A stretch of 64,000 nucleotides of DNA from Dehalococcoidia bacterium (GTDB taxonomy: Bacteria > Chloroflexota > Dehalococcoidia > UBA6926), in NCBI GenBank assembly GCA_963666115.2, contig CAXXET010000006.1, forward strand, positions 384,001-448,000, in the 5' to 3' direction. Below, in pieces: positions 28,410 to 38,899 of the stretch. The notes below the pieces were generated by a model. That model worked only from the letters and a program-made list of their open reading frames with translations, searched no databases and was not told the DNA's origin. Made by a program: the position numbers and the translations under genes. The stretch's first letter is position 1; the number at the start of each line of letters is the position of its first letter.

Positions 28410-29714
28410 TCAACGTACCTCGCGGCGCGTCATCTTGTACCCCTCTCGGTAGGCCCTGCGCGGCAGGGCGATAAAAGCCCGTCTTTGCCGCCCGCTGAAC
28501 ACGAGGATAAGCACAACGACGCCGAAATAGATGAATGAGAAGACAAGCCGGACAGCCGCCAGCGGCAGGACCAGCTGCGCCGTGAACAGCACGAAGAGCG
28601 CAAGCGCGCCCCGCGGGCCAAGATGCAGTGTCGCAAGCAGGACAACGGCGAACAGTGACTGCGCGGCGGTCAGCAATACCTCCTGCGCCTGGCGGTCGTC
28701 CAGCGGGAGGGCCGCCGGGCTTCCAACGGAGGCCGAATAGACGATCGGCAAGCTGCCCACCAGCAGCGACCACTGGTTGACCTTTGCCGATACGAGCAGG
28801 CCGAGCGCCGAGGATGAATCGCCCCGTATCGCAAAGATGCACGCAACGACGATTTCCGGCGCTTCCGACGCGAGCGGCGCAACCCACTGGATCAGCAGGA
28901 ACTCGTCGATTCCAATGCTCTTGCCCGTCTCGATCATGCCCTCGGCAAACGGCTCAGCCGACAGAAAGATGACGGCTGCGGAGAAGACGAACGATACCAG
29001 CACGACCGCGCGCCGGCGCTCAGGCGTCAGGCTGCCAATCAGCGCCGCCGGGCCCACCAGTTCCGGCTCCACCACTGCCGCCCGCGAACTGACGTACATG
29101 TACGTCACAAACAGCCCGATGAGCGCCACCGCGTCCAGGAGGTCGATCTGCCCCTTGAGCGGGATCGTGAACGCGTAAATCGTCGCAGCGGCCAGGAACG
29201 TAAGCTCGATGGTCTGGCTCTTGTTTAGCCGGACGCGGCTGTACCGGTGTTCCAGGAAACCGGCGCGCATTTCCTCTCGCTGCCGCCGTATCCGCCGCAG
29301 CCCCTTGAACCAGACGATCCCCACGATCAGCGGCCATGCAAGGCCGATCAGCAAACGATTCGCCCCCGTCATGTTCGCGACTGCATACCCCGCGTATTCA
29401 GGGTCCGTGCCCGCCTTCCAGACGAGGCTGAAATCGACGGCGTACTCCGGCAGCACCGTGATGATCGCCACCAGCGCAAGCGCCAGCCCGTGCGATATAT
29501 CATGTTGGAACGCCTCCGCCGCCCATGACAGCAGGAATGCGGCGCTGAGGATGCCGAGGCCGTAGATGAACGAGTTGGCAAGCGGGTGAACGTGCGTGCC
29601 CTGCGTCTGGCCCAGCGTGAAGAGAACAATAGCGGGAACCGTGCCGGCGATGGCGGCAGCAATGAATAGTCGATTCCGGTCTGAGACAAGTGACACGGCG
29701 ATGCCGCCACACAT
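28410..29714 (-). CDS. Sodium:calcium (CaCA) antiporter family protein
   Basis: Alpha repeats VLPEY..ANMTGAN and ASEAPE..SAKVNQ; many TM helices. Confidence 0.85.
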   Translation of the reverse strand: MCGGIAVSLVSDRNRLFIAAAIAGTVPAIVLFTLGQTQGTHVHPLANSFIYGLGILSAAFLLSWAAEAFQHDISHGLALALVAIITVLPEYAVDFSLVWKAGTDPEYAGYAVANMTGANRLLIGLAWPLIVGIVWFKGLRRIRRQREEMRAGFLEHRYSRVRLNKSQTIELTFLAAATIYAFTIPLKGQIDLLDAVALIGLFVTYMYVSSRAAVVEPELVGPAALIGSLTPERRRAVVLVSFVFSAAVIFLSAEPFAEGMIETGKSIGIDEFLLIQWVAPLASEAPEIVVACIFAIRGDSSSALGLLVSAKVNQWSLLVGSLPIVYSASVGSPAALPLDDRQAQEVLLTAAQSLFAVVLLATLHLGPRGALALFVLFTAQLVLPLAAVRLVFSFIYFGVVVLILVFSGRQRRAFIALPRRAYREGYKMTRREVR

Positions 29715-29774
29715 TCCTTTCGCCCGCGCTTTGGACTACGACAACGCGCGTCCTATCGGAGTATACTAGTTTCG

Positions 29775-31658
29775 ATGAACCCTCGGATATTTCGCAACAG
29801 CTTCATATGGGTGCTGGTCGCCGTTGCCCTCGTTGCCATCCTCTTTACCCTCCTCCAGAGCTCGGGCGGGCAGGGCAACCAGTCGCTCGGCTGGCTCATT
29901 GACCAGGCCCGGGGCGGCAACATCACGTCCATCGAAGTCTCCAACGACTCCTTAAAGGTGATGACGGTGGACAACCGTGAGGTCACCGTCAACAAGGAGC
30001 CGGACATCTCCGTCTTTGAGATGCTCACCGCCAGCGGTGTTGAGGTTGGCGAGGGCGCGGGGCAGGTGGACCTCCGGCCGCGCGGCAGCAGCGGCCTCGG
30101 CAGCCTGTTCGGCCTCTTCATCAACTTCCTGCCGCTCATCTTCTTTGGCGCAATCCTCATCTTCTTCATGCGGCAGGCGCAGGGCGGCAACAGCCAGGCC
30201 CTCAACTTCGGACGCAGCCGCGCCCGCATGTTCATGGGCAACCGCCCCGCCGTCTCCTTCTCCGATGTTGCCGGTGTCGAAGAGGCCAAGATCGAGCTTG
30301 AAGAGGTTGTCGAGTTCCTCAAGTACCCGGAGAAATTCGCCAGCCTCGGCGCGCGCATCCCGCGCGGCGTCCTCCTCGTCGGCCCCCCGGGCGGCGGCAA
30401 GACCCTCCTTGCCCGCGCGGTGGCGGGAGAGGCCGGCGTGCCGTTCTTCTCCATCAGCGGTTCTGAATTCGTGGAAATGTTCGTCGGCGTCGGCGCAAGC
30501 CGCGTCCGCGACCTCTTTGACCAGGCCAAGCGCAACGCGCCCGCCATCGTCTTTGTCGATGAGATCGACGCCGTCGGACGCCACCGCGGCGCGGGTCTTG
30601 GCGGCGGGCACGATGAGCGGGAGCAGACCCTCAACCAGATCCTCGTTGAGATGGACGGCTTTGACAGCTCCACCAACGTCATCGTCATCGCCGCGACGAA
30701 CCGCCCGGATATTCTCGACCCGGCCCTCCTGCGCCCCGGCCGTTTCGACCGGCGCGTCACCATCGACTTGCCGGACGTTCGGGGGCGAATCGCGATCCTC
30801 GATGTCCACGCCCGCGGCAAGCCCCTCGACCCCGATATCGACATGGAGGTGGTGGCCAAGCAGACGCCCGGATTCAGCGGCGCCGATCTTGCCAACCTTA
30901 TTAATGAGGCCGCGATTCTCGCCGCCCGCCGCGACAAGAAGCTGGTCATGTACGACGAGCTTGCGGAAGCCGTTGACCGCGTCTTTGCCGGGCCGGAGCG
31001 CAAGAGCCGTCTCATTACCGAGCGTGAGAAGCGCACGACCGCCTACCATGAGGCCGGGCACGCCGTCGTCGGTCACCTTGTCCCCAACGCCGATCCCGTG
31101 CAGAAGGTCACCATCGTCGCGCGCGGCATGATGGGCGGCTACACGCGGTTCCTGCCCAGGGAAGAGTCGATGCTGCGCACGCGCTCGCAGTTGCTGGACT
31201 CCATCAAGGCTGCGCTCGGCGGGCGGGCTGCGGAAGACATCGTCTTTGGCGACGTGTCCACCGGCGCGTCCAACGACATTGAGCAGGTCACGCGCATTGC
31301 CCGCAGCATGATCACAACCTACGGGATGAGCGAGAAGCTCGGCCCCCTCACGCTCGGCAAGCGCGAGGAGATGATCTTCCTGGGACGTGAAATCTCCGAG
31401 CAGCGCAACTACGGCGAGCGTGTGGCCGACGTTATCGACCAGGAGGTCAACGACATCGTCTTTGGGTCCTACGACGAGGCCAAGCGCATCATCAACGAGA
31501 ACCGGCATATCCTTGACCGGCTCGCCGAATACCTGATCGTTGAAGAAACGGTGGAGGGCGATGACCTCCAGAAACTCCTCAACGATGAGCCTCTCGATCC
31601 GAAGGATGAGACCGGCGACCCTGCGCCGCCTGATCCCGTCCCCGTTGCAGCCGTATAG
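29775..31658 (+). CDS. ftsH: ATP-dependent Zn metalloprotease FtsH
   Basis: 2 TM segments, [25 protein letters not shown]. Confidence 0.97.
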   Translation: MNPRIFRNSFIWVLVAVALVAILFTLLQSSGGQGNQSLGWLIDQARGGNITSIEVSNDSLKVMTVDNREVTVNKEPDISVFEMLTASGVEVGEGAGQVDLRPRGSSGLGSLFGLFINFLPLIFFGAILIFFMRQAQGGNSQALNFGRSRARMFMGNRPAVSFSDVAGVEEAKIELEEVVEFLKYPEKFASLGARIPRGVLLVGPPGGGKTLLARAVAGEAGVPFFSISGSEFVEMFVGVGASRVRDLFDQAKRNAPAIVFVDEIDAVGRHRGAGLGGGHDEREQTLNQILVEMDGFDSSTNVIVIAATNRPDILDPALLRPGRFDRRVTIDLPDVRGRIAILDVHARGKPLDPDIDMEVVAKQTPGFSGADLANLINEAAILAARRDKKLVMYDELAEAVDRVFAGPERKSRLITEREKRTTAYHEAGHAVVGHLVPNADPVQKVTIVARGMMGGYTRFLPREESMLRTRSQLLDSIKAALGGRAAEDIVFGDVSTGASNDIEQVTRIARSMITTYGMSEKLGPLTLGKREEMIFLGREISEQRNYGERVADVIDQEVNDIVFGSYDEAKRIINENRHILDRLAEYLIVEETVEGDDLQKLLNDEPLDPKDETGDPAPPDPVPVAAV

Positions 31659-31661
31659 CCC

Positions 31662-32426
31662 GTGCGTGACATCCTTCAGGCCCTCGCCGACGGAGAGATA
31701 ACCACGGACGAGGCCCAACGCCGCCTCAACCTCCACGCAATCCGCGAGGTTGGCGACGTTGCCAATCTCGATTTAGGCCGCATGACCCGAACGGGAAAGC
31801 CGGAGATCGTCCGCTGCGCCGGAAAGAGTGTTGACCAGGCCGTCGAACTCGCGCTCCCATTCCTTGAGGAGCCGGGCGTCGTCGCCCTTTCGACCGCGAC
31901 TGCAAACCATAAGGCAGCCATTCAAGCCGCCCGCCCCGATGCCCGTATTCGCTTTGAACCGTTGGCCGGTATCCTCATTGCCCGCAGCCCGGACAAACCG
32001 GAACCGGAAAGACTCGGCAGCGCCGCCATCATCACCGCCGGCACGTCGGATATGCCCATCGCCCTGCAAACGCAACTCATTGCAGAGATGCTCGGCGTGG
32101 AAACCACGCTGCATTCGGACGTTGGCGTCTCCGGCCTCCACCGTCTTTTCCCCGCGTTGCAGGAGGTCGTCGAATCCGATCCGGACGTCGTCGTCGTAAT
32201 TGCAGGGCAGGAGGGCGGCCTCGCCCCCGTCGTGGCAGGCCTCCTAGATCTACCCATCATCGCGGTTCCCACATCAACGGGAACAGGCTACGGCGGCGAA
32301 GGCGTCGGCGCCCTCTCCACAATGCTCCAGTCCTGCTCCCTGGGCCTGGCCGTAGTCAACATAGACAACGGAATAGCCGCAGCAGTAATGGCCGCCACAA
32401 TAACCCGCCGCGCCAACCGCCCTTAA
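31662..32426 (+). CDS. larB: Nickel pincer cofactor biosynthesis protein LarB
   Basis: GKPE..GK, TAGTSD, DVGVSGLHR, AVPTSTG.GYG, VVNIDNG. Confidence 0.88.
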   Translation: MRDILQALADGEITTDEAQRRLNLHAIREVGDVANLDLGRMTRTGKPEIVRCAGKSVDQAVELALPFLEEPGVVALSTATANHKAAIQAARPDARIRFEPLAGILIARSPDKPEPERLGSAAIITAGTSDMPIALQTQLIAEMLGVETTLHSDVGVSGLHRLFPALQEVVESDPDVVVVIAGQEGGLAPVVAGLLDLPIIAVPTSTGTGYGGEGVGALSTMLQSCSLGLAVVNIDNGIAAAVMAATITRRANRP

Positions 32427-32469
32427 TCCCCCGCCCACCCCCCCTTCCCCCGTCATTCCGCCCCCCTCC

Positions 32470-32600
32470 GTCATTCCCGCGCACGCGGGAATCTGAATCA
32501 CATAGCGCCAACCAAACCCCGTAGCGCCGCCCCTCCCCTTTTTCCCGCGAAAACGGGAATCCAGTACCCCCCCCGTATCCCCTGCGCAGGCGGGGGTGAC
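32470..32600 (+). repeat. Cluster of palindromic ATTCCC-N8-GGGAAT-type repeats
   Basis: GTCATTCCCGCGCACGCGGGAATC at 32470, TTTCCCGCGAAAACGGGAATCCA at about 32541, degenerate copy at about 32575. Confidence 0.8.
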
Positions 32601-32639
32601 GCTTGACGTACAACGTACATATTGTTAGGCTGAGCCAAC

Positions 32640-32921
32640 ATGATACTGAGTTTCCGGGATCGGCGAACGGAGCGATTCGCGGCGGGCGAATTTGTAAGGG
32701 AATTCCAGTCGTTCGAGGCGCAGGCGGAAAGACGACTGGCCATTCTGAATGCGGCGCCGTCATTGCGTACGCTGGCCGAGTTGCCAGGGAATCGGCTGGA
32801 GGCGTTGCAGGGAAACCGTGAGGGGCAGTACTCGATTCGGATTAATCGCCGGTGGCGCATCTGCTTCTCCTGGCCCGATGGACCCGGGCCGACTGATGTA
32901 GAGATCGTGGACTACCACTAG
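32640..32921 (+). CDS. higB: HigB (RelE-family) toxin
   Basis: MILSFRD, PGNRLEALQG.REGQYSIRIN..WRICF..IVDYH. Confidence 0.92.
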   Translation: MILSFRDRRTERFAAGEFVREFQSFEAQAERRLAILNAAPSLRTLAELPGNRLEALQGNREGQYSIRINRRWRICFSWPDGPGPTDVEIVDYH

Positions 32922-32956
32922 TCGTAGAGCGGGCGTAACGGGAAAGAAGGCGTGCA

Positions 32957-33247
32957 GTGATGTTTAGACGGGCTGTGCATCCGGGTGACATTCTGAGGGA
33001 TGAATTGGCAGAGATCGGGATTACGCCGACGGCCTTGGCGCGAGAAATCGACGTGCCGCCCAACCGGGTCAGCCAAATCATCGCGGGCAGACGGTCAATC
33101 ACGGGTGATACGGCGCTCCGGCTTGGCCACTGGTTCGGCGTGGAGCCTCAGTTCTGGCTGAATCTACAATCGCAGTACGATCTGGCGCTCGCCGAACGGG
33201 AGGCAGGAGAAAGGGTACAGGCGCTGCCGACGGCGGCTGGCCGGTAA
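32957..33247 (+). CDS. higA: HigA antitoxin
   Basis: HPGDIL, HTH, ITGDTALRL, FWLNLQ. Confidence 0.92.
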   Translation: MMFRRAVHPGDILRDELAEIGITPTALAREIDVPPNRVSQIIAGRRSITGDTALRLGHWFGVEPQFWLNLQSQYDLALAEREAGERVQALPTAAGR

Positions 33248-33283
33248 GGGTAACGCGTCTCCATAGCTTGGCGGCACTCATCC

Positions 33284-33361
33284 CGTTCACCTTCGCCCCC
33301 GCTCACCCAGAGCCCCATCGAAGGGTGCCCCCTGCGTCATTCCCGCGCACGTGGGAATCCA
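33284..33361 (+). repeat. Mixed repeat cluster (family A plus CGTC-type palindrome)
   Basis: GCTCACCCAGAGCCCCATCGAAGGG and GTCATTCCCGCGCACGTGGGAATCCA. Confidence 0.7.
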
Positions 33362-33462
33362 GAAGCCGAGTTTCAGACTAGATAAACTGATAGGGTTGAC
33401 AACCCAACAAGGGGGATGGAGTAGAATGATTGTACATAGGTTCTAGCGCGGGAGGCTTTTCA

Positions 33463-34383
33463 ATGTCGGAGTCGGATTCCTTGGCAGAACGTTCAACGGC
33501 GGGCGCCCTTATGCGTGCCGGTGGCTTGGCCGCGAATGCTTCAGTCGTAGGCGTCGCAGGCGTCAGCCAGTTGATATCAGGCATTGGAATCGCCTACAAG
33601 CCCCTTTTCCAAGAAGTCGATCGGATGACGGCGAGCATGGGCATTGTCAACAGACTACTGGCGAACTCCTTCTTGAACTGGGGTGTGGTAAACGTAATGC
33701 GTGCATTCGACCAGCAATGGGCGAAGCAACAACGCGACTGGAATCGTCAAGCCAATCTCATGGCGCTCAGCACGAGAACCATCGCCACCGAGATGAATAT
33801 GGCTGTAAACGCTCTGGCAAACTCTGCTTCGCTACTCAGTGCAATGCCAAAGGCTCACGCCGCCTTGCCACGTGTTGATACCGTGAGCATCATGCGGCCT
33901 GTGATCACACGGAGTAGCAGATCATCCTGGTCCGACGCAGTATCCGAGGAAGATGATCCGCTGACATATTCTGACGTTAGCTTGGACGCAACTCTGCTGA
34001 ATACGCTGGAGCAGTCACATTATCACGTGTCCACAAGGGAGTTCCGTGAGTCCTTTCGAGATCTGCACAGAGAACCTTACCCCGACCTTACCGGTGCAAT
34101 ATCGCATGCCAATGCAGGATTTCTTTCCGTTGCGAGGGCGATTGATGGCAACAGCGGAGCCAATCCACGTGAAATCGTGGCACGTCATCGTGATCTGTTT
34201 CCGAAACCCCTAGACGAGGCAGTCCTGAAGCACTGGGGGTTCTCTTCTCAATATGGCCGCAAGGTAAGCGAGGGCAAAATCGCTGAGTATCATCAGGCTG
34301 AGGCGGCAGTTTACGGTATCGCACTAATCACGCTGTCGCTGGTTCGTGGAGCCCGAAAAGCTGGGCTGATAACCCACCCATGA
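33463..34383 (+). CDS. Hypothetical protein with Abi-like (AbiJ-related) C-terminal domain
   Basis: DL.REP.PDLTGAI.HA..PKPLD.AV.K.WGFSS..GRK..EG; visibly lower GC; ATGA overlap with the methyltransferase. Confidence 0.5.
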   Translation: MSESDSLAERSTAGALMRAGGLAANASVVGVAGVSQLISGIGIAYKPLFQEVDRMTASMGIVNRLLANSFLNWGVVNVMRAFDQQWAKQQRDWNRQANLMALSTRTIATEMNMAVNALANSASLLSAMPKAHAALPRVDTVSIMRPVITRSSRSSWSDAVSEEDDPLTYSDVSLDATLLNTLEQSHYHVSTREFRESFRDLHREPYPDLTGAISHANAGFLSVARAIDGNSGANPREIVARHRDLFPKPLDEAVLKHWGFSSQYGRKVSEGKIAEYHQAEAAVYGIALITLSLVRGARKAGLITHP

Positions 34384-36032
34384 CAACACCAACCGATTGG
34401 CGCAACAAACTCCATTTCGGAGACAACCTCCCCATCATGCGGGAGCACATCCCCGATGAAAGCGTTGACCTCATCTATCTTGACCCCCCCTTCAACTCCA
34501 ACGCGACGTACAACGTTCTCTTCCGCGAGCACGACAGCAGCGAATCCGCTGCCCAAATCCAGGCATTCGACGACACCTGGCACTGGAGCACGGAGGCCGA
34601 ATGGGCATACCAGCAGGTCGTCACGAGCGGCCCCAAGCGACTCGCGGACATGCTCCAGGCCATGCGAACATTCCTCGGCCAGAACGACATGATGGCCTAC
34701 CTCACCATGATGGCCCCGCGCATGGTGGAGTTGCACCGCGTCCTCAAGCCGACGGGCAGCATCTACCTCCACTGCGACCCCACCGCCAGCCACTACCTCA
34801 AGTTGCTCATGGACGCGGTTTTCAGCAACGCGAATTTCCGGAACGAGATCGTGTGGCGACGGACTTCTGCAAAGGGCTTAGCGTTCACGAGGTATCCCCG
34901 GAACCACGACGTACTGCTCCACTACTCCAAGAGCGAGGAAGTTATTTGGAATCGCCCGTACCGTCCCCATAATGCCGAATATGTAGCGAAAGCCTACAGG
35001 CACATAGAGCCCGAAACAGGACGGCGATACCGACTGGACAACTTGGCGAACCCGAATACCAACAGACCAAATCTAACTTATGAATTCCTCGGTGTAACCA
35101 GAGTTTGGCGCTGGACCAAAGAGAGGATGGAGGCAGCCTACCGCGACGGACTGATTGTTCAAACCAGACCAGGTGGTGTGCCGAGCCTCAAGAGGTATCT
35201 CGACGAAATGGAAGGGAGCGCTGTCGACACGATCTGGGAAGACATTCTGCCCGTACAGTCCCACAGCAATGAACGCCTCGGCTATCCCACCCAAAAGCCC
35301 GAGGCCCTGCTTGAGCGCATCATCAATGCCTCCAGCAACGAGGGTGATGTCGTGCTTGACCCCTTCTGCGGCTGCGGCACGGCCATCGCCGTCGCGGAGC
35401 GGCTCAACCGCAAATGGATCGGCATCGACGTTACTCACCTCGCCATTTCCCTGATGAAGAGCCGCCTGCGCGACTCGTTCGGCGATGACCTGTCCGACTA
35501 TGAGGTCGTCGGCTCGCCCGCGGACACTGAAAGCGCCCGCGCCCTCTCGCTTGAGGGCGGCAACACCGGCCGCTACCAGTTCGAATACTGGGCGCTTGGC
35601 CTGGTAGAGGCGCGTCCTGCGAATGACCGTCGCAAGGGCGCAGACTCCGGCATCGACGGCTATATCAACTTCTTCGACGACAACTCCGGCAAGGCCAAGA
35701 CCGTCATCGTGCAGGTCAAGAGCGGGCAGGTTGGCCGCAACGTCATCGCCACCCTCAAGGGCGACATGGAGCGTGAGAATGCGGAAATGGGGCTGCTCAT
35801 CACCCTTGAGCCGCCCACCAGGCCAATGATCGACGAGGCCACTGCCGCAGGGTTTTACGTGCCGGAGGCATTCCCGGACAGGCAATTCCCGCGCGTCCAG
35901 ATCGCCACGATTGAGGACATCCTGAACGGCAACGGCCCCGCCATCCCCCAGCTCGGCCTCTCCCAGTCCCCCACCTTCCGCCGCGCCCCCCGTCAACGCC
36001 GCGCCCAACCCCGCCCCCAGCGAATGGTGTAG
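34380..36032 (+). CDS. Beta-class N6/N4 DNA methyltransferase fused to a Mrr-like endonuclease domain
   Basis: YLDPPF precedes YPTQKP and DPFCGCGT; C-terminal DSGIDG..VQVKSG. Confidence 0.9.
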   Translation: MTTPTDWRNKLHFGDNLPIMREHIPDESVDLIYLDPPFNSNATYNVLFREHDSSESAAQIQAFDDTWHWSTEAEWAYQQVVTSGPKRLADMLQAMRTFLGQNDMMAYLTMMAPRMVELHRVLKPTGSIYLHCDPTASHYLKLLMDAVFSNANFRNEIVWRRTSAKGLAFTRYPRNHDVLLHYSKSEEVIWNRPYRPHNAEYVAKAYRHIEPETGRRYRLDNLANPNTNRPNLTYEFLGVTRVWRWTKERMEAAYRDGLIVQTRPGGVPSLKRYLDEMEGSAVDTIWEDILPVQSHSNERLGYPTQKPEALLERIINASSNEGDVVLDPFCGCGTAIAVAERLNRKWIGIDVTHLAISLMKSRLRDSFGDDLSDYEVVGSPADTESARALSLEGGNTGRYQFEYWALGLVEARPANDRRKGADSGIDGYINFFDDNSGKAKTVIVQVKSGQVGRNVIATLKGDMERENAEMGLLITLEPPTRPMIDEATAAGFYVPEAFPDRQFPRVQIATIEDILNGNGPAIPQLGLSQSPTFRRAPRQRRAQPRPQRMV

Positions 36033-36070
36033 TGCTCCCCCGCTCACCCTGAGCCTGTCGAAGGGCGCCC

Positions 36071-36868
36071 CTACTCCCCCCCGCCCATATACGTCAGGTC
36101 AGGCACAATCGTCACGAACCGGTTCAACGAATCATTGAAAATATCCGCCATTTCAAGGTGCGGAAAATGCCGCGAGAGCGGAATCGTATCAAAGGACGCA
36201 TGCTGGATCGCCCCCAGCAGCTGCCCCGCCTGCTCCACCAGCGGATCATCCTCCCCGTAGACGATCAGCGTTGGCGTCTGGATGGATCCAAGCCGCGAGG
36301 TCGCGTCCCACTTCGCCGCCGCCACGAAATCCCGCATCGATGACATGGGGCGTTGTGCCGCCCGCGCCGCCGTGAGCGCCTCAGCCGGCAAGGGCATGTG
36401 CGGCTCGCGCAGGCCCCGCAGCGCGTGGTCGCGAAGGAATCCGTCGGGGTCTTCCAGCAGGTCCGCCGCCGTATCCGCCGCCCATGGGAACGTGATTCCC
36501 GTCCCGATCAGCGCCAAACCCTCAACCAGCCGCGGGTGCCGGCTCGCATACTCGATGGCGATTGCCCCGCCAAGCGAATGTCCCACGAGCACCACGGGCG
36601 CGAGCCCCAGCGTGTCGATGAACTCGTGCAGGAACGACGCCCAGTCCGGCACGTCCTCCAGCGCCTCTCCGCTCGATTGTCCGTGCCCTAGCAGGTCGAG
36701 GGCGATGGGTGTCTGGGACGGCGCGAAGAACCTCATCTGGTCGGCGAAGAGCCGGTGATCCGCCCCCGGCCCGTGGACAAAGAGGATGCGCGCCCCCGGC
36801 GTGGCCCCGCCAAGCTCATGGGGGCACTCGTAGTAGACGGACTCCCCGCCAAAATTCACGTGCGGCAT
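36071..36868 (-). CDS. Alpha/beta hydrolase
   Basis: FVHG, DLLGHG, GHSLG nucleophile elbow, GEDD, C-terminal H. Confidence 0.9.
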   Translation of the reverse strand: MPHVNFGGESVYYECPHELGGATPGARILFVHGPGADHRLFADQMRFFAPSQTPIALDLLGHGQSSGEALEDVPDWASFLHEFIDTLGLAPVVLVGHSLGGAIAIEYASRHPRLVEGLALIGTGITFPWAADTAADLLEDPDGFLRDHALRGLREPHMPLPAEALTAARAAQRPMSSMRDFVAAAKWDATSRLGSIQTPTLIVYGEDDPLVEQAGQLLGAIQHASFDTIPLSRHFPHLEMADIFNDSLNRFVTIVPDLTYMGGGE

Positions 36869-36954
36869 AACCCCTCTACTCTACATGACGCAAGCGCCCG
36901 CTATACTTGAATCACCGCCGCCGTCACGCGGCGCAATCGGAGGGCAAGGATTTC

Positions 36955-37998
36955 ATGTCAACATCGGAACAGGTCAGACTCACGAGCCTGTCCCACTGCG
37001 CCGGTTGAGCGGCCAAACTCGGCCCCGCCGAGCTTGCGCAGGTCCTGCGCAATCTGCCGCCAATCAGCGACCCCAATCTGCTGGTCGGAATCTCGACTGG
37101 TGACGATGCCGCCGTCTATCGCCTCACCGACGACATCGCGCTCATCCAGACCATCGATTTCTTCCCGCCCGTCGTCGATGACCCATACGACTTCGGCGCG
37201 ATTGCCGCCGCCAACGCGCTCAGCGATGTCTACGCGATGGGCGGCCACCCCATTATCGCCCTCAACGTTGCCGCGTTCCCCGACGCGCTCGATAAGGACA
37301 TCCTTGGCCGCATCCTTAAAGGAGGCGCAGACAAGGCAGTCGAGGCGGGCGTGCTCATCGCCGGCGGACACACCATCGAAGACCCTGAGCCCAAGTACGG
37401 CCTCTCCGTGACCGGCATCGTGCAGCCCGGCCACCAGGTCGCCAACGTTGGCGCGCAGCCCGGCGACGCCCTGGTGTTGACAAAGCCGCTCGGCTCCGGC
37501 GTGTTGACGACGGCGCACAAGAACGGCGCGCTCGATGATGCAACCCTCGCCGAGGTCGTTGACGTCATGTCCCAGCTCAACCGCGGCGCCTCCGAGGCGA
37601 TGATCGAGGTCGGAGTAAACGCCTGCACGGACATAACGGGGTTCGGACTGCTCGGACACCTTAAGGGAATGCTGGACGGCAGCGGTGTTGGCGCGACACT
37701 GTCTCTGTCGGACGTCCCGACGATTCCCGCTGCGTGGGAGATGATCGAAAGAGGCTTTATACCCGGCGGAACGGGGCGTAACCAGGTCTACATTGAGAAT
37801 TTTGTCACAGCACATCCGGAGGTGAGTGAGGCGGGCAAAACCAATCTGATGGACGCGCAGACGTCGGGGGGTCTGCTCATTTCAGTCCCCCAAAGCAAGC
37901 GAGACGCCCTCATCGCCGCCCTCCGCGCCCGCAACACAAAAACAGCCGCAATAATCGGCCAAATCACCGAAAATAAAGAACTAATTATCCAACCATAG
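36955..37998 (+). CDS. selD: Selenide, water dikinase; Sec-containing (UGA codon 18 at 37006)
   Basis: MSTSEQVRLTSLSHCAG-U-AAKLGP in frame with DDAAVY, TIDFFPP, GGHT, TKPLG, TDITGFG, DAQTSGG. Confidence 0.95.
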
Positions 37999-38015
37999 CC
38001 CAACGGAGCGTACCA

Positions 38016-38501
38016 ATGGCCGTACTTGAAATACCCCGACAATTCATTGATGAGATGATTGCCCACGCCCAGGAAGATGACCCAAACGAATGCTGCGGCA
38101 TCCTGATTGCCGAGAACGGCGCTGTCATTTCAACGCGCCGGGTCACCAATATCGTCGATGAAAAAAACAAGCCGTTCCGATACCAGATGGCGCCGCTTGA
38201 ATATGCGTCCATCGATGAGGAGTGCTCCGCGAACGGCTGGACGCTATGGGGTTTCTATCACTCCCACACGCGCTCCCAGGCCTATCCCTCGAAGACCGAT
38301 CAGAACCTGGCATTCTGGCCCGGAACAAAGGACCCCATTTGGCCGGACTCCTACTATCTACTCGTTTCTCTTGAAGACAAGGATGCGCCTGTTGTTCGGG
38401 CCTATTCCATTTCGCCGCCGGACGCGGACACGGACGGTGATTTCCGGGTCGATGAATACGAACTCCGCGTAACCGAATCTCCAACCCCCAACTCTGCCTG
38501 A
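38016..38501 (+). CDS. JAMM/MPN+ metallopeptidase (Mec-like)
   Basis: PNECCG, YHSHTRSQAYPSKTD (HxH..S..D). Confidence 0.9.
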   Translation: MAVLEIPRQFIDEMIAHAQEDDPNECCGILIAENGAVISTRRVTNIVDEKNKPFRYQMAPLEYASIDEECSANGWTLWGFYHSHTRSQAYPSKTDQNLAFWPGTKDPIWPDSYYLLVSLEDKDAPVVRAYSISPPDADTDGDFRVDEYELRVTESPTPNSA

Positions 38502-38854
38502 TGTGCCTCATCGCTGCCGTCATCGCCGCGGCCATCGGCTGGATCACCTTGGCCGGTACCATAATCTGGTATCGCCTTGTCGTCGTCCCTGACCTCTACG
38601 TTGGCGATAGCATCCTGCCGTTCGTCGCGGTTATGACAATAGGCGCGCTTGCATTTCTGGGCGTCCTTGTGGGCGCAATCCGCCGCACACAAGGCAAAGC
38701 GGACGGCCTCCCCACAATGATCATCGCCGCATTCGCTCTGGTGGCCATCATCTTCAGTTCCCTAACAACAACCGGAGTCCTAATCATCCCCGGCTTCCTA
38801 CTATCAACCCTGGCAGCATCCCTGCCGCCAAACAGGCCATGGGAAAAAACGTAA
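38501..38854 (+). CDS. Small 4-TM membrane protein
   Basis: Hydrophobic ORF with TGATG overlap to the upstream gene. Confidence 0.6.
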   Translation: MCLIAAVIAAAIGWITLAGTIIWYRLVVVPDLYVGDSILPFVAVMTIGALAFLGVLVGAIRRTQGKADGLPTMIIAAFALVAIIFSSLTTTGVLIIPGFLLSTLAASLPPNRPWEKT

Positions 38855-38899
38855 GGGCAGGCCGCAGCCTGCCCCTGCTATTTGCGTGTCACACCTTGT

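Noticed and set aside
29753-31736. Long antisense ORFs over ftsH (similarly 17615-19021, 44675-46252, 56833-57981)
   Set aside because: Shadow ORFs expected from high-GC codon bias opposite well-conserved genes; no recognisable motifs.
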